Assembly: GCA_964199315.1 (NCBI GenBank)
Contig: OZ116699.1
Span: 20,336,001-20,400,000, forward strand
Length of the DNA: 64,000 nt
Origin: Orbicella franksi
Lineage: Eukaryota
Direction: 5' to 3'
Shown: positions 60,001 through 64,000 of the stretch, one piece after another
Layout of the letters: the number at the start of each line of letters is the position of its first letter
Numbering within the stretch: position 1 is the first letter of the stretch
Translations under genes and position numbers: made by a program
The notes under the pieces: generated by a model
What the model was told of the DNA's origin: nothing
The model's input: the letters and a program-made list of their open reading frames with translations, nothing else
Database searches by the model: none

Positions 60001-63000
60001 AAAGTTACTGTTACTGTTACACATGTTCATGAAATTTTCAGATGTTGAAGAGAACTTACATGTACAGGTCAATAATTATTTCAATCAATAACTTCAGTAT
60101 TATTGATATCTGAATACTGAATACAAGTAGCCCTCCTATCAGAGAGAAATTTGAGTGCAAAGTTTGAGTGAGTAGAATTATTGATTTACATGCTCTAATC
60201 TGCTTGTCTTTGCCATCAGATGCTGACTAATTCTGTTCGCTCATACTTGGTGTTCAAATGACTATCCTTGATGGGTTAGGCTATTTAGTGAATTTCTTCC
60301 TGGTCCTTCGTTCATTTTGTACTCAGTATTATTGATAGCTGAAAACAAGCAGTTCCCCTTTTGTAGAATCTGAATGCAAAGTTTGTGATAGTAGAAGTAT
60401 TCATTTACATGTTCTAGTCTGCTTGTTGCGGTTTCAATCAGATGATGACTCATTCTGTTCACGTGTGCTTTGTGTTCAAATGACTGTCTTTGATGGTGTG
60501 GGCTATTAAAGGAGCTACATCACCGTTTGCGCATCTTGAAAAGTTTAGCCTAAATTTTTCAAGTTCGTCGTTTGTAATCTGTGCTAATCTTCTCCATTCT
60601 TAACCATCCTTGTTTCCTTATGGTTTATTAATATCTCCTTGGTGTTTTTCTATCTTACTAAACTATTGTCTTTTTTTGTTGTCCATTGCCAAAGTAACTT
60701 AAAATACCGTGACCAAGCTCCTTTTAGGACGGTGCCTACTTTTGTTAGTGCGCAAACGTTCTGCGCATCACGCAAGCCATGGTTTAAGCGCCGCGCGCGC
60801 ACTGGGGTTGACATTGACGCAGTCAACCACGCTACCAAGTACACGACTAAAATGAAAGCAAAATTCTCACTGTGACCAAATCAAGTTTAATGAACTTGTA
60901 CTTAAACCAGGAACACTAGAATAGCAGCACATCGCTAACCTCTAACTGTTAACGTCTTCCAGCTGAAAAACTAGCTGTTATCGGTCGAAAATTATACTGA
61001 AATCCAACTGTAAACATGTACCTGCAGATGGCATAGTGCGCGTGCAAAACATGTGCGAGATACGCAAATGTCTTACTTACTGGGGAGGTGACAGGAAAAA
61101 ATGTAACGGGCACCGTAAAGTTTTCAAAAAAGATGAATAACTTTAAAAAACGCATGGTTACCCCTACATTCTATGTCATGAAATGGAAGTGGCAGGCCTA
61201 TTCAACACGTGATTAGTTTCTGGTTGTGAGCAAAAGGTATTTAGACTGTATTTTAGCTGAACCATAGGAAGGCTGTCAGAGACGCTAAAAGCGCTGTTGC
61301 AACGATTTTGTGGTTAAAAACATGCCAAAAATGGTTTTTATGTCACCATTTGCCATGTAGTTTAAAGATCTTTTTAAATGTGTCTGCTTTTCTGTATGTA
61401 AAGGCGAATTCTAAGGAAATCTGTGGAGAAATACGCTTTCCTTCTTTTTCAGAAAAATGCTGATGTCAGCATTTTTGTTGAGACTCAAGGCTAATTATCT
61501 CGAAAAAATACGTGGCTACCCCCATTTTTGAGTTATTTTTTTGTAAAAAATACCTCTTAGTCGGCGCGTCGGGTATGTTATTGACGGGTCAATGGATGAG
61601 TGAGTGAGTGAGTGAGTGAGTGATGTATGTATATCACACCAATCAGATTGGATCTACTAAAAACAGCCAATCAAATTTCTTGCTGTAAAGGTAAACGGTA
61701 TGTGAGAAGATTTGATCCCGATACAGTTCAGAACGGCCATATTTATTCTTCTATAAAAGAGGAGGAAGTATTCATATATAGGGGTACTTCGACATTTTCT
61801 GTGGGTTAGGCTGAGGATTTTAGTTATGAACGAGATGAGCCTTGAAGTTTGAAACAGTTCGTGAGTTAGTAGTATGCAAATGGCCGAGATATTTTCATTT
61901 TTAGTTACAAAGGTAACTTGATACTTTTGTTTTTCACAAGGAGTAAATTCAATTAGAGATCATGAATCGTCGCTTCTAGTTCTTAGGACATGTTTTAGAG
62001 GAGACGAGACTATTTATATTTGAAACAGTTCTAACGTTTACGATAGTAAGTACAGGTAACGATTGTTTTGTTCTTGGTGCATGCAAATATAACGAGATAC
62101 TTTTATTTTTTATTTACAAAGGGTAATTTGACACTCTTGTTTTTCACAAGGGAGTAAATTCAATTAGAGCGGACGAATCGTCACCACTCTTTCCCACGAG
62201 ATGTATTGCTATCTTTAGTTACAAATGGTAACTTAACACTTTTGTTTTTTATATGGGAGTAAATTCAATTAGAACTGACAAGTTATCGGCTATTATATCC
62301 AGGATATTAAACAAAAAAGAAGCTTTCATTTCTGGACGGTCTTTACTTCTCTGCAGTAGCAGTTTAATAGTTTTATTTGATGACATTCATTTCAGTCCGA
62401 TATTTTTAAAGGTAAAAAGTATGAAAACTGCTCAAATGTTCTTTGAAGACTGCATGGTACCAAGTTAAAGTTTAATTTAATTAAATCAGACTTTCAAAGT
62501 GTCAGAGTGGTTTTTTTCTCTTTCTTTCTATTTTCGGTGAAGTGTTGTGTTGTCTGAAAAGGGTAAACTTACGACTCGTATAAAATGCGAAAAGGTCTCT
62601 TAATTAACTTGAGTATTTTTGAGCAAAAATATCGCTTGGTGGTTGGAAGGGCTATGTGATCGGTGAGTGAGGAAGTTATGCATGTGCGTGTGTCACACGA
62701 ATTACAGTGTGGGTTGTATCAAAGAACGAATCAAATTGCCTGTTAGAAAATAAGATGGTATCTACATTAATCTGGAGACGTGTCAGATTACTGTAGTTTG
62801 TTCAGTCAAACATTTTATGGCTTACTATTTAGCTATCTTACCATGACCGATGTAACATCGCATGTACATCATAAATTCCCAGTGTCTTTCCTGCTGTACA
62901 TCGCAACCAAAAAAACTTGTCAAATTAACCAAATCATTACTGTAAACAGCTCCATGAATGCTCTTATCTCCGTCACTTTACAAAAAAAAATAACTCTTGC

Positions 63001-64000
63001 ACACCTTGCGTGCCTATGTTTCTTTTTGGATTCCAATAGCCCTTGGAAAGATCTACTTTTTCCGCGTGTTCCTAACCTGGCGCAAAAACCTTTGTATTTA
63101 CTAGGCACCGTCCTTAAGTGAGTTCTTTCATGGTCCTTCATTCATTACTTGAAACTGTACTATTCTCTGAGTTTCTGATCTTGTCATCATATAGGAAACA
63201 TTCGCAGTGCCTGTACCACACTACGCTCAGTTAAAGACCTGGCATACAAACCAGGCGTGGTAAGTTATTATATAAAGTAAGGTTTGCAATTATGACACAA
63301 CTTACTATAAACAGTTGCTAGCAAATGTTCAAAAAAAAATGAGAGTTTTCAAATATCAGTTAAATCTTTAACGATAGTGAATACGTGCGGGATACGTGAT
63401 GCGTCAATGTTTTTCATGACTTTTTTTTTGTTAGGTTTCATGTTTTTTATTTCTACATATTTAGGTATCCTATCTTGGATGGGGTCCCAGGACTCTTTCA
63501 TAGACCTCTTAATGGCTTATGTTATAGATTCTTTTTCTCACCTTTTTTCACATATATAGACGTACTTTTTACATATTTTGCCATTAAATTGTAATAAATA
63601 AATACAATAAGTACCACTGCAAGTGGTGTGAAGCCATTTGAATCACCACCTTCTGTTGTCAACTTAGATGTGTGTTAGTTGTTAGCTTAAATGTACTAGA
63701 TCATTTGGCAATGGTGTTGGTCAGGGCGAACAGCACAACAGAGTTATTATACTCAGTAGTATTTGAATCAATTGACACTTTCATATTTTTTACACAAAAC
63801 TAAACTTAGGAACTGCTTTTTTCGGATTCAGGTTCGATTCTGGGAGGGAAAGAGTGATCTGCGTATTTTTAAGTGGCAAGAGCCTGTTCTCCATTCTCCC
63901 CACTGACCATCAACAAACCATCCAAACTTCATCTGAGCATATCGTTTGTGTTATCTCATGATCAGGTGTCTGCTCTGGTGACGTTATACTCCCATCTTGG
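51063..64000 (+). CDS. SRP72: Signal recognition particle subunit SRP72, 5' part (14 exons, ~416 aa in window; continues past the window end)
   Basis: Exons with GT-AG junctions and consistent phases: 51063-51162, 51231-51345, 53864-53993, 55098-55163, 55603-55680, 56340-56451, 57177-57208, 57624-57748, 58189-58246, 58419-58550, 58896-59024, 59775-59847, 63195-63259, 63966->64000. Peptides match SRP72 TPR regions: [114 protein letters not shown]. Confidence 0.96.
51427..52896. mobile_element. Non-autonomous Kolobok-like DNA transposon (1470 bp) in SRP72 intron 2
   Basis: TTAA|GGTTACAGTATACCTTCGGG ... CCCCTGAATGTATACTGTAACC|TTAA. A TTAA TSD with GG..CC termini fits Kolobok rather than piggyBac. 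CpG-rich interior. Confidence 0.85.
53085..53161. mobile_element. Small degenerate MITE
   Basis: ATCTCCCCAGAGCCGCC ... GGCGGCTCCGAGAACAAGAAT imperfect inverted ends. Confidence 0.5.
53289..53741. mobile_element. Kolobok-like non-autonomous element (453 bp) in SRP72 intron 2
   Basis: TTAA|GGTCATTCCACTG ... CTGGGGAATAACC|TTAA imperfect TIRs with TTAA on both sides. Confidence 0.7.
54515..54860. mobile_element. Inverted pair of tRNA-derived SINE-like heads forming a 292-bp palindrome
   Basis: Arms 54515-54656 and 54665-54806 are reverse complements with scattered mismatches. A box TAGCTCAGTGG and B box GGTTCAATTCC are in the right arm; the right-hand element continues to ~54860. Confidence 0.85.
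55368..55517 (-). mobile_element. MITE with CAGGGCTG-type ends in SRP72 intron 4
   Basis: Reverse complement of 57846-58007. Confidence 0.8.
56065..56280. mobile_element. MITE with CAGGG...CCCTG ends (hAT-like) in SRP72 intron 5
   Basis: CAGGGCTCGAAA ... TTGAAACCCTG. No clean TSD found. Confidence 0.6.
56934..57083. mobile_element. 150-bp hairpin MITE in SRP72 intron 6
   Basis: TIRs AATAGACCTTTCC / GGAAAGGTCTATT plus internal inverted arms (GAGGTTGGGGTGGACA / TGTCCACCCTGACCTC). Confidence 0.85.
57298..57485 (+). mobile_element. Terminal fragment of a TTAA-ended repeat in SRP72 intron 7
   Basis: TTAAGACGGATGCCGCTCAAAGTTTGAGCAATAAGTGC...; homologous to 43880-44062. Confidence 0.7.
57846..58007 (+). 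mobile_element. MITE with CAGGGCTG-type ends in SRP72 intron 8
   Basis: CAGGGCTGTGCTCTAGAAG ... ATAGCCTTG; inverted homologue of 55368-55517. Confidence 0.8.
59151..59354 (+). mobile_element. 5'-truncated SINE in SRP72 intron 11
   Basis: CTCACAGTGCCTCTCTCCACC...GGACTAGCATCC.ATCCAGGGGGAAGTAGAAATACTCC...ACAGACTTTA; same family as 4546-4845. Confidence 0.8.
59538..59704. mobile_element. MITE with 9-10-bp TSD in SRP72 intron 11
   Basis: CTGACTTGTCCCCAGTCAT ... ATGACTGGGGATGAGTCA, flanked by (T)GTGTAGGAT at 59528-59537 and 59704-59713. Confidence 0.88.
60510..60722. mobile_element. 213-bp Kolobok-like MITE
   Basis: TTAA|AGGAGCTACATCAC ... GTGACCAAGCTCCT|TTTA. Confidence 0.75.
61530..63016. mobile_element. 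Nested insertion with inverted ends
   Basis: GAGTTATTTTTTTGTAAA (61530-61547) vs TTTACAAAAAAAAATAACTC (62977-62996). Contains a (GAGT)n tract and three ~65-bp direct repeats. Confidence 0.55.
61597..61623. repeat. (GAGT)n microsatellite
   Basis: TGAGTGAGTGAGTGAGTGAGTGAGTGA. Confidence 0.9.

Larger units (their letters stand above)
60727..63113. mobile_element. Kolobok-like element interrupted by a nested insertion
   Basis: TTTA|GGACGGTGCCTA ... TAGGCACCGTCC|TTAA (12-bp perfect TIR). Confidence 0.8.

Overview
Eukaryotic, intron-rich, AT-rich genomic DNA, probably from a scleractinian coral or other anthozoan (inferred from the repeat families and gene structures, not proven). The window has three zones. 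(1) 1-~31.3 kb is a CpG-depleted tandem triplication with a period of ~11.4-11.8 kb. Each unit carries a decayed minus-strand gene of unrecognised identity: small spliced exons plus a ~6 kb stop- and frameshift-riddled reading frame with membrane-protein character. The outermost copy appears to keep extra 5' exons up to ~35.4 kb. There is a 295-N assembly gap at 9722-10016. (2) ~31.3-38.4 kb is a CpG-richer region packed with unrelated MITEs. (3) 38.5-64 kb holds an intact 15-exon COE/EBF (collier) transcription factor gene on the minus strand, head-to-head with SRP72 on the plus strand (14 exons, running off the window). A PIF/Harbinger-type element carrying a decayed Penelope-like RT lies between the two genes, and many TTAA-flanked (Kolobok-like) elements, SINEs and hairpin MITEs sit in SRP72 introns. 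Most notable: two perfect COE/EBF palindromic sites in the COE promoter and intron 7 (possible autoregulation), the mosaic pseudogene array, and several RNA-hairpin-forming insertions. All alignments were done by eye; no database searches were run.
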